Of a DNA stretch of 64,000 nucleotides, positions 12,677 to 22,489 are shown in pieces. Position 1 is the first letter of the stretch, and each line of letters begins with the position of its first letter. The notes under the pieces were generated by a model. That model was not told where the DNA came from, did no database searches, and saw only the letters and a program-made list of their open reading frames with translations. This DNA is from Raja brachyura (Eukaryota). The position numbers and the translations under genes were made by a program. The stretch lies in assembly GCA_963514005.1 (NCBI GenBank), contig OY740783.1:79050001-79114000 (forward strand), in the 5' to 3' direction.

Positions 12677-13374
12677 TTAAGCACCAAATGAAACATTGTT
12701 TTCTCGTGCCTACCAGTCAAATATTGTTCTTTGAGATAGTTCAAAATTCAAAAGAAAACAATATATTTTTTATTTATTTATTTTGCCTCTACAAATATTT
12801 CTTTCTCTATCCTTTTGTTTTTGCTGCAAGTTATTTTATTGAAAGCCACCCTACTTCTGCAACTCTCATTTTTCCCTTTATCATGAAATCTCATTGATTA
12901 AGGTAAAATTTTATTGTTACCCAAGATCCCCATATATTAATGAGTTTGCCTACTAACTGAATAGCTGGATGCTCAAGAAGATTCAGAGCTATTTAAATCT
13001 GTATGAAGGTGCTCTGATTTTATGATGTGTGTTGAATATGAAGCACTGTTCAGACTTCAGCTGCCAATGTAAAGCCAAAACAGTCGAGCTTCATTGCTGG
13101 TGACCTGTTCTAGGTGGCAGAGCTGAATTAGTGAAGAAATCAGGTGCTGCATACTAAGACATCAGCTCTGCATTTAAAATAGGAAAGGTACAAGATTCAA
13201 CACGAACGTTGAAGCATAACAAGGACACTGGACACAAATGTATAATTTGGACATTAATATTTAAAACGTTAGTGCATAAATATTTTTTAAAGCTGGAACT
13301 TGTTGTTTCAACATTGTATGTTACACTGGCAACTTAAAAATATCAGTAACCAATGCACGTTAATTTTACTGAAG

Positions 13375-13670
13375 ATCTTGTGTCAACATTTCTGGTTGAG
13401 ACCCTTCATCAGAATTGAGGGGATGGAGAGCAAAGGATGCCAGGAGGTAAAAATGTGGAATCAGTGTGGAACAGAACCTGGTTGGTGATTAGTGAACCTG
13501 ATGAGGAGGGGGATGAGGGGTAGACGGAGCCTGGTGGTGGGAGCAAGGGGGAACCTGGGGGAAATGAAAAATGTGAACATAAAAGGAGAGGGAACCTGGG
13601 ATGACTGGTGGGAGCAGGCAAGGAACAAGATGAGTATTCGTTATCTGAAATTCTACAAACAATACTCAAC
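13375..13670 (-). mobile_element. Degenerate Penelope terminal region with hammerhead-like motif
   Basis: Minus strand CTGATGAAGGGTCTCAACCAGAAATGTT near 13384-13411, beside the family's purine-rich tract. Confidence 0.5.
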
Positions 13671-14043
13671 ATCTTGAAAAAAATTGATGAATTGAATAAT
13701 TGATTATAGATTTTACTTCGGAGTCACGTGAGTGACTACGTGAAGAACCCCGTACAGCCGTTCGTGCGTCATTGCATCACACGCTTTCGTGCAGACGAAT
13801 GTGGAGCAGCGCAGCTCCTCCAACGGTAAGTCTAAAAAAGTTTCAGGTAAGTGCTATTTTCTTACGTGTTCTAGGTCTCCTGCAGGAACCGCCGGGGTTT
13901 TTGCGGGATGTTCGTGATGGTCGACGAGGGAGCCAGCCTAGGGCTTTGGGGGAAAACCCTGGTCCGACCGCAGAAACGGAGAGCTGGTAAATGTCGGGTT
14001 CGCGATCGAAGTCACTGATAACGCGGTCAGTGACTCCACATGT

Positions 14044-14415
14044 TGGGTTCCCGGGGAGGGGAAACCCGAAAATAGTGCGGTTCTAGACCGCAGTAGTCCC
14101 TAGGGGATGGGGCTTAACGGACCTGAATAGTCAGCCTGGGTTCCCGGTGGAGGGAAACCCAAGTATATGCGGTTCTAGACCGCAGTAGTCCCCAGGACAT
14201 GGGGTTAAAACTAACCTAAACTGTTAGGCTGGGTTCCCGGTGCAGGGGAAATCCAAGTATATGTGGTTTTACATCGCAGTAGTCCCCAGCACATGGGGTT
14301 AAAACAAACCTAAATGGTTAGGCTGGGTTCCCGGTGCAGGGGAAACCCAAGTATATGCGGTTCCCAGACCGCAGTAGTCCCCAGGAAATGGGGCCAACTG
14401 ACAAAAATAGTCAGT
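14044..14415 (+). repeat. Four tandem ~93-bp units rich in hairpins
   Basis: TGGGTTCCCGG recurs at 14044, 14137, 14230 and 14324. Confidence 0.9.
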
Positions 14416-14463
14416 ACAATTAGGAAAGTTGGGAGGTTTCACCTCTGGGAATTAATTTAGAGA

Positions 14464-14830
14464 GCAGCACCTTTGGGTAGGGCTGCTTCATGGGAATGCC
14501 AAGTTATGGCAGGCTAGCCTGTTGGAGAGGCTGTGCCAGCAGTACCTTTGTTTAGGACTGCTCATGGGGATGCCAAGCTATGGCAGGCTAGCCTGTTGGA
14601 GAGGCTGTGCCAGCAGCACCTTTGCTCAGGGGTGCTCATGGGGATGCCAAACTATGGCAGGCAAGCCAATTGCAGAGGTGGTGCCAGCAGTACCTTTGCT
14701 CAGGACTGCTCCAGGAGAATGCCAAGTTATGGTTGGCTAGCCTATGGGAAAGGAGGCGCCAGCATCACCTTTGTTCAGGGCTGCTTCATGGGCGCCAGTG
14801 GTACCTTGTTAGGGTTGCTTTATGGGAATA
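14464..14830 (+). repeat. About five tandem ~74-bp units
   Basis: CAGCAGYACCTTTG-like motif recurs near 14464, 14537, 14611, 14685 and 14760. Confidence 0.9.
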
Positions 14831-15199
14831 GCAGTTTAGTAGGGTATCCCCATTTAGTGATCATGGGGGATGAGGAGGCATTGCTAGGATAACAGCAATA
14901 TAACAGAATGATGACAAAAAAAAGAATTCAAAGAAAAATATTCACGGTTTTAAAAAACGCTGGTTATATATGTGCTAAAATAGTAAGATTAAACAAGAAC
15001 TTACCAGTTTGAAGTTTGATCTTTATTTTATGAGGAGTTGCGATGAGGGATTTCGTGAAGAACCTGCCAGGCATGCATGCGCGACATTCTTCAAAGCAGC
15101 GGTGTGGAATCACAGGTAACAACAAAGACTGAAGATAGTAAGATTAAAGAAACTCGAATATACCAGTTGACCTTATGATAGAGGGTTGGGAGCAGAGGG

Positions 15200-15302
15200 C
15201 TCATCGCAACTCCTCATAAAATAAAGATCAAACTTCAAACTGGTAAGTTCTTGTTTAATCTTACTATTTTACTTCGGAGTCACGTGAGTGACTTCGTGAA
15301 GA
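15200..15302. repeat. DIRS internal complementary region (ICR), element 1
   Basis: 15200-15270 is the reverse complement of 14977-15047, and 15267-15302 of ~18527-18562; the two halves overlap at TTTT. Confidence 0.9.
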
Positions 15303-16399
15303 TTTCAAAGCTCTGTGATTATATGCCCTGGATCATGTCCATGCTCACACACTGCCGTAATACTGATGGAGGAAGTATGTTAACGTATCTCAGACTTGAA
15401 CAAGCTGAAAAATAATAGCATTTGTTAATACGACAATAAACCCCGGAACTCGGGGACAATCGTTTAGGGAACAGCACTTAAAACTGAATCCGCCAACGTC
15501 GCGGGTCTGTTATAAAACCGCTGAAATGTAGTTTCACTGGCCCAGCACGCTATTGCGAGGACATAATCCATGAACACCTCAATGGTCCTCGCCGCTGATG
15601 TGGATGCAGCCCTGGTAGAATGACATTTTAAAAATGTTAGTGTCTTACCTGCTGCACCAAATACCACCTTGAGCCATCTCCTGATGCCCAATTTCAGACC
15701 TGTAGTCGCAGGTCCATGTAGTTTAAGCAACTCTTCTATCACACAGTCACTTTATTGTGGGTCGAAACCATTCTATCCAGGTAATTCCTGTAGAGTTTGG
15801 ACCCGTTGTGCTGTGTTCAGTGCCATTACCATCACCACTTTGAAGGTGAGTAAGTCCAGTGTGTAAATCCACCAAAAGCGACCAGCACCTGAGTAGGGTC
15901 AACACCACCCCTATATCTCTGGTAATACAATATCGTGGTCGGGGAGGGATGGATAGAACATACGCTTCATAGTGTGGATACCATCTGGTGAGATCCCACT
16001 CCAATGTTGAGATAGGATGACAGTGCACTCCTGGTACTGTATACAGCACTGTAACTGAGGGACTCATCATAATGCAGGCTCGTGAGGATTCCAGCACATT
16101 GGAGATCGTAGCAGATATGTACGTGGTCTAGGTCCTACTACAGAAACCTCCCATATCCTTATGTGGGTGAGGTACTGCTTCCTAGTGGACTCTCTCTGCA
16201 CGCTGCTGTATGATGTCCATGGTCCTTTCTGTTGCAGAATCTGGTTGCGTTTTCTGCAACACCTGTCTGATGAAGCAGAATGGGGGAAAGCATAGAAAAA
16301 CCCATTTCCCCCCAATGTAGCGAGAACGCGTCCATCGCCACTGCCCCAGGATCTGGTTCTCAAAAGACATATGTTGGTATCCAATGGCTCAACCTGGAC

Positions 16400-17285
16400 G
16401 CAAGGAGCCCATCCTCAGGTCCTCCTGAACTACTGAGGTTTCTGTCATAGGCCCGCACCTCGTTGAGGTGATGACTATGGGTGCCTAGACAGGAATGTCG
16501 CTGCCTGCCGCTCCAGCGGGGCTATGCGACTCCCGCACGGACATGCCGCTGGTCCGCAGTCTTCCAGACGGTGGCGGCTCGCCTGTCTGCAAGACACAAG
16601 CGGTGGTGAGTCGGTCCCTGCTGCCGAAGCGTGGTACCCTGACATCCGCGCGGGCTTACCGCCACTCCTGACTACATGAGTCTGTGATGGCACATGGTCG
16701 CCGCCTGCCGCCTAAGCGGGGGCGCACGACCGAAATCCGCTGCCACTGGCCTGCACTCCGGCAGCCTGACCCGGTGGTGAGCCGGTACCTCCTGCTCCTG
16801 CAGGGCTCCCCGACTTCCCAGCAGATCCATCACCGGCCCGCAATCTGGGGGTTACCCCCGGCGGCATGTCGATGCCTTCCGCTGCAGCGGGGCACGACCT
16901 GGGCGCAGCTCTCCCCCTGGTCCGCCCTCTGGTGACCTGCATAGTAGGGGAGACAGAACGTGCCGCCGGGCGGGTCACACGTTTACGCACCTTTGCTCCT
17001 CTGTCCCTATGCTTAGGTGACAGTGGTAGGGAGTCAGGGTCTTGCCTACCCTGCTCCCATGCGGTGCTCCTACCACTTTGCGGCTCCATGGTCAGCCGTG
17101 GTGGAGAGACGGGTCCTGGCTGCGCAGGGCTCCCCAATTTCCGCGTTCTTATCCCGGCCCGCAGAGCCGGTGCTGCCGGTGTTGCGGGCAGCCCCGAGAA
17201 TGGTGGCCGCTGACTCCCATCCGAAGTCCCATGGCCCTTGGAGGCATGCTTTGATGCCTTCATTCTGGTCTCCATCCATCGTTTC
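16400..17285 (-). pseudogene. Putative degenerate gag-like ORF1 region of DIRS element 1
   Basis: GC-rich, low-complexity 201-aa ORF (16712-17317) in the ORF1 position, downstream of the left terminus and a splice acceptor. No recognisable domain. Confidence 0.4.
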
Positions 17286-17915
17286 TGTAAGCAAAGTCTA
17301 GAACAGAAGCTCAGCAACTCAAGGTTAGTATCTTACCCAAGGGTCTTTATGAAGCTTCCGGTGGAGGAGCGCACTCTCCTCCCACCCCCCCCCCCCCCCC
17401 CCCCCAGCTCCAATGGTGACCAGACTCTCATGCTGGACCATAGACTGCTGCTAACGGCAAACCTCCCGCCTATGTAGTGAGTCGGACCCGACTCTGTCTT
17501 TCTACCTCCATAGGGTAGCATAGCCGTCAGTCCGCGGTATTCCTGCGGCCTGCGGCGTTGAGTCGGAGCTCCTGCTCTGCCTTCACTACCCGCGAATGGT
17601 AGTCGCCGAGCCCGGACCCTCCTGGATCACGGGCGTGCCCGACCTCCGGGTAACGTTTTTTGAACGAAATTGAAAGGATAATATTACTGAATTAACAAAC
17701 TTTATGGTAAAATCATGGGGTTTCTAATTTCTTTCCCACACCTATAGGAGAAACATGAACAATTATACAATGAAAATTCCTTTATTTTTGCCTCTCCTTG
17801 GCTTCCAGGTAGGCAAGAAGTTGGAACAGGTGTAAGGGTGGTGGTAGTTTGCAATGTTTCCTTGGGGCGGTTCCCAGCCAGCTGGCACACTCCCACTTTA
17901 CAATGCTCCACTCAT

Positions 17916-18250
17916 GTAGAGTCGGGGCTGCCGCTCTGCCGTTGCTGACTTTGAACGGCGACTGCAATCCCCACTTCCCGGTTCCATTCATGCCGACAGT
18001 TCGCAGTGTCCCTGCGGGCTGCGGCGTAGAGCCAGGGCTGCCGCTCTGCTATTGCTGACTTTGAACGGCGAGCCTGCAAGCCCCACTCCCTAATTTATGC
18101 CGACAGTCTGCAGTGTCCCTGCGGGCTGCGGCGTAGAGTCGGGGCTGCCGCTCTGCCGTTGCTAACTTTGAACGGCGAGCCCGCAAGCCCCACTCCTTCA
18201 TACATGCCGTCCAGTGGGCTGCAGTGTAGAGTCGGGCTGCCTCTGCCGTC
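17916..18250. repeat. Tandem ~108-bp GC-rich repeats in the 5' region of DIRS element 1
   Basis: GTAGAGTCGGGGCTGCCGCTCTGC recurs near 17916, 18025, 18133 and 18225. Confidence 0.85.
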
Positions 18251-19046
18251 ACTCCGACCGGTGAGCTTGTGAGCCCGGACCCTCCTGGTTTAACAGGCTG
18301 CCCGACTCCAGTCTGTTAGCACCACCGCTGACTGCCCGCATCCCACGGTCCACAGTCAGTGCCGAAGCAGCCTGGAGTACTCTGAAACAGAGTCACCTAA
18401 AATGAAAAAAGGACCGCAGGTTAGTTTTTCCTTACCTGCAGGTCCCTGCAGTAGAGGAGCAACGCACCTCCCTGCCCGTCGCTCGCATGTGGTCGACGAT
18501 ATGTCACGCATGCGTGCCTGGTGGGGTCTTCATGAAGTCACTCACGTGACTCCGAAGTAAAATAGTAAGATAAAAACGAGAACTTACCAGTTTGAAGTTT
18601 GATCTTTATTTTATGAGGCGTTGCGATGAGGGATTTCGTGAAGAACCCGCCAGCATGCATGCGCGACATTCTTCAAAGCAGCGGTGTGGAATCACAGAAC
18701 CAACAACAAAGAAATGACTTCTTATAGTAAGATTGAAGAGACTCTATTTACCAGTTGACCTTATGATAGAGGGTTGGGAGCGGAGGGCACGAAATCCCTC
18801 ATCGCAACTCCTCATAAAATAAAGATCAAACTTCAAACTGGTAAGTTCTCGTTTAATCTTACTATTTCATTTCGGAGTCACGTGAGTGACTTCGTGAAGA
18901 CTTCAAAGCTCTGTGATTTCATGCCCTGGACCACGTCCATGCTCTCACACACGCCACAATCTGGATGGATAGGAGTATAATCATCTTTCAGACTGGATGT
19001 ACTGAAAAATAATAATTTTTATTAATTATAACAAAGAAAAAACCCA

Positions 19047-20037
19047 TCACTGGGGAATAGCTGTATGTTCTTGACGCACATTCAGCACGGCCTCCGCGAA
19101 CATAACAGGAGCGGCAACAGGTTTGTTATAAAACCGCTGCAAAGTGGCTTCACTAGCCCATCCCGCTGTGGCAAGAATATGGTCCATAGGCTCCTCCATG
19201 ACCCTTGCCGCTGACGTCGATGCAGCCCTGGTGGAATAGGATTTAAAGACATTAATGTCAATACGTGCTGCATCCAAGACGATCCTGAGCCATCTGGAGA
19301 TCGTCTGAACCGACACTCTATGATGTTGTTTTTTGTGGTTAATCAGCAAATATTTCTTCATTCCCCTTAGAGTCTGCGTCACTTTAATATAGTGACAGAT
19401 ATGGGTGGCTATACATAGCCTCACATCAGCGGGGTATGCCGGAAACACCAGCTGCAGCCCTGTAAACCCAGGTCTATGCTGCTTTAGTAACTCATCAATG
19501 TAAAAAGTTACTTTTTCTGGGGTAGAGACCATTTTATCAATCTTGATTTTTTTGTAGCGTCTGTACCCGTTGTGCTGAGGTAAGTGCCAATAACATCACC
19601 AACTTCAAGGTGAGTTTGTCCAAAGCGAGTCCAGCCATGGGTGACCATGTCCTGAGTAGGGTTAAAACTATCCCAATGTCCCAGGTAACATTATAATGAG
19701 GTCGGGGTGGATTCAAATTGAATATGCCTCGCATCAATTTGGACACTAGCTTGTTAGATCCTACCTCGATAGTAAGGTAGGATGATAGCGCACTCCTGGC
19801 ACTATTAATGGCACTGTAGCTGAGGTGTTCATCATGGTACAATCCCACAAGGAATTCCATCACATCTGATATGGTGACGGAGTCATAGGCAATGTTCATG
19901 CGGCCACAGTAGGCTTCCCATTTTCTTATTTGGGTCAGATATTGCCGTCGTGTAGACTCCCTGCATGATGCTCCAATTGTATCCATGGTCCTTGATGAGA
20001 GACCATACTGCAGCAATGGTCTATTCAAAACCTGCAA
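19047..20037 (-). pseudogene. DIRS tyrosine recombinase (frameshifted near 19540)
   Basis: N-terminal SYSAINSARSALS motif, SAQRVQTL (catalytic R), KSYSTRAASTS (HxxR with H replaced by Y), AGWASEATLQRFYNK (W, Y). Confidence 0.9.
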
Positions 20038-20039
20038 GC

Positions 20040-20459
20040 CAATAATTCCAGATGACTATGGCAGGGATGGTGTTCCCCTGTAACAGGGTTCGTCACCAAC
20101 TGTGGGCAATTCTCCAAGAGAGCCCATGGTTCACTTATCATTCCAAGGACCACCGGATACCATGGTTGTGTAGGCCAGTCGGGTATGATAAGAATGCCTT
20201 TTTCAGAATCTGATTGGATTTTCCGCTATATCCGACTGATGAGGCAAAATGGAGGAAATGCATAGAAAAACCATTTCCCCCAGTCTACCGAGAAAGCATC
20301 CATCGCCATTGTCCCAGGATCTGGTTCCCATGATACATATGTTGGAACCTGATGGTTTAACCATGATGCGAAAAGGTCAATATCCGGTTTACCAAATTTG
20401 GCTACGATTTTGGTGAATATTTGGGGATTTAACATCCATTCAATGTTGTCATTAAATAT
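20040..20459 (-). pseudogene. DIRS DNA N6-adenine methyltransferase-like domain
   Basis: PDIDLFAS...DAFSVDW...YAFPPF...IIPDWPTQPWYP; continues the RT frame after a premature stop and contains a second stop. Confidence 0.8.
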
Positions 20460-22037
20460 TCATGACCTGGTGTCCGCCACTATGTTGAGCTTACCTGGAA
20501 GATAGGTAGCTGATATCCAAATATTCCGTTGTATGCACCAGAGCCAAATTGTATTAGCCAATTCATTACATGAAATTGACCTGGTACTGCCCATATGATT
20601 TAAATATGCCACCGCAGTGGTGTTGTATATTTGGAGACGGACATGAGTGACAGTAAAATTTGAACAATAAGCTCTGAATGCCCCAAGCATCTCCAAATAA
20701 TTTATCCGTTGTGATATCAAAAGGGTAGATTCAAGTGAGTTCCATCTGCCCCCACAACTAGTGTTGTTATCAGTAGCTCCCCAGCCATGGGAGCTTGCGT
20801 CAGTTTGTAAATACACCGACGGACGAGGCACAATGATGGGTTTGAATGAGTTACGGATGTTATCAATCCACCATTGTAACTCAATTTTTTCCTTGAATGG
20901 CAGCTGCACAATTTGGACCTTTATATTATCAAAATGTCCAGCATTCAATTTTAATGCTGAAATCTTAGATCTTTGCAAATTTTGATAATATAAAGGTCCA
21001 AATTGTGCAGCTGGAAAAGCTGCTACCATTTTCCAAATTACCTTTGCAGCTTGTCTAATTGATGGTGTACTGGCGCAGACCAGATTATTACATGCTTCAA
21101 TGATATCCCCAGCTTTGTTAATTGGAATGGTGGTAATCATTCGATTGGAATCAATCGTAAACCCCAGATAGTCCATGACCTGTGAGGGACAGAACTTTGA
21201 ATTATATGGATGGATAATGAATCCCATTTTCTGAAGCAATGAAACATTGGCTGTAACTGCCAAATTTGTTGATTCCAAAGTATTTCCAATAATTAGGATA
21301 TCATCCAAATAAGCCATAACCGTATGGTTTTGCTTCCGCAGTGTTGCTAACACTGGCTTTAGTAATTTGGTAAACAATCTGGGAGCTGTGGTAAGCCCAT
21401 TGGGCAAAGCTCTATATTGCCAGAGTTGATCCATCCAACTAAATTTTAAGAACTTCCTGTGATGTTTCTGAATGGATACCGAATAGTATGCATCTTTTAA
21501 ATCAATGCATGCCATGAAGCAGCCCTTAGAAACCAAAGATTTGGCTGTTTCAAACGTGTCCATTTTAAAATGGGTATATTTTACAAAAGTATTCAAATGG
21601 GTTAGATCTATGATAACCCGGCATCCACCATCTTTCTTAGTTTTTGTGAAGATGTTGGATACGAACTCAACTGGTTCGTGGATTGTCCTTTCTATCACCC
21701 CTTTTCCTTGTAATCTCAAGATTTCAGCATAGCCTTCTGCTACTTCCTTATTGGAAAGTGCAAATTTGCGATCCGGCATATGCTGATGTGGGGGAAGTTG
21801 TCCATTTATGAACTCAATCTCATAGCCTTGAATACTTTGGAAGATAAACTCATCTGAAGTGATGGTATCCCATGCCTCCTTAAAGAACCGTAATCTCCCT
21901 CCAACATGTGAGGTTAAGCATGCAACTGCATGAAATCCAGACCGCCTTACCTCCATGGTTACCAGCGGTCCCTGACATGTTTGGTGGGACGAGGAGGTGC
22001 TGGGTTTTGCAGAGGGTGCGGGTGCCGCATCTTCCAT
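20460..22037 (-). CDS. DIRS reverse transcriptase-RNase H (525 aa, ends in a premature stop before the methyltransferase domain)
   Basis: KKDGGCRVIIDL, IDLKDAYYSV, LPNGLTTAPRLFTK, YLDD, TDASSHGWG, INYLEML, HMGSTRS, YLPGKLNIVAD motifs. Confidence 0.93.
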   Translation of the reverse strand: MEDAAPAPSAKPSTSSSHQTCQGPLVTMEVRRSGFHAVACLTSHVGGRLRFFKEAWDTITSDEFIFQSIQGYEIEFINGQLPPHQHMPDRKFALSNKEVAEGYAEILRLQGKGVIERTIHEPVEFVSNIFTKTKKDGGCRVIIDLTHLNTFVKYTHFKMDTFETAKSLVSKGCFMACIDLKDAYYSVSIQKHHRKFLKFSWMDQLWQYRALPNGLTTAPRLFTKLLKPVLATLRKQNHTVMAYLDDILIIGNTLESTNLAVTANVSLLQKMGFIIHPYNSKFCPSQVMDYLGFTIDSNRMITTIPINKAGDIIEACNNLVCASTPSIRQAAKVIWKMVAAFPAAQFGPLYYQNLQRSKISALKLNAGHFDNIKVQIVQLPFKEKIELQWWIDNIRNSFKPIIVPRPSVYLQTDASSHGWGATDNNTSCGGRWNSLESTLLISQRINYLEMLGAFRAYCSNFTVTHVRLQIYNTTAVAYLNHMGSTRSISCNELANTIWLWCIQRNIWISATYLPGKLNIVADTRS

Positions 22038-22489
22038 GCTGCGGGCCTTGCCCTAAAAAAAGGCCTCGGCTGATAGTATGGCTGGAATTGCTGAGGCGCC
22101 GACATGTAGGTCCTTGCTGGTCTAAATGTAAATTCTGTTCCCTGCAGCAGTCTCAATAATGTGCAGATTCCAACTTTGACTTCTTGAGAAACCCAATCTT
22201 TCTATTCTGTTATGTTCAAGCTCAGCTGTTGCATGTATTATGAGGCAAGCAATTTTTGCTTGTTCTTCTGAAATGAGTAGCGTATTGACTGCTAAAAAGA
22301 ATGGTTGCATCTGTATGGCGGTTGTACCACTTGCGCACACACATGATTATTTATTCCTGGGCCAATCCTTTGGAGAGCTGTTGCTTGACTGGTTGTTGCA
22401 ATTCTGGCTGGAACGAACAGAATTGCATGGCATTTTGGCTGACATCTCCATTGCCATCACAATATTTTCAGATGATCCTTTTGTCAATT

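Larger units (their letters stand above)
13711..14976 (+). mobile_element. DIRS1-like element left end (truncated, non-coding) with internal tandem arrays
   Basis: Begins TTTTACTTCGGAGTCACGTGAGTGACTACGTGAAGAACCC, the same left terminus as at 18562 (minus) and in both internal complementary regions (ICRs). Confidence 0.75.
14977..18562 (-). mobile_element. Internally deleted (non-autonomous) DIRS1-like retrotransposon with both termini
   Basis: Left terminus at 18562; right terminus at 14977; short inverted repeats at ~15052-15087 and ~18502-18537; ICR at 15200-15302. Remnants of tyrosine recombinase (CHSTRAASTS...ACWASETTFQRFYNR) and methyltransferase (FFYAFP); no RT. Confidence 0.88.
18559..22135 (-). 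mobile_element. DIRS1-like tyrosine-recombinase retrotransposon (5'-truncated autonomous-type copy)
   Basis: RT/RNase H ORF, methyltransferase-like domain, YR ORF, ICR (18788-18900) and right terminus at 18559. Confidence 0.93.

Noticed and set aside
14044-14830. CRISPR-like appearance of regularly spaced palindromic repeats
   Set aside because: Units are tandem with no unique spacers, no cas genes are present, and the context is a vertebrate retrotransposon end.
14533-14892. Repetitive-peptide ORFs
   Set aside because: By-product of the 74-bp tandem array; the frame shifts with each unit.
19047-20459. Phage integrase plus Dam methylase as a prophage or bacterial contamination
   Set aside because: Both are standard DIRS1 domains, linked here to an RT-RNase H ORF, ICR and termini within vertebrate repeats.
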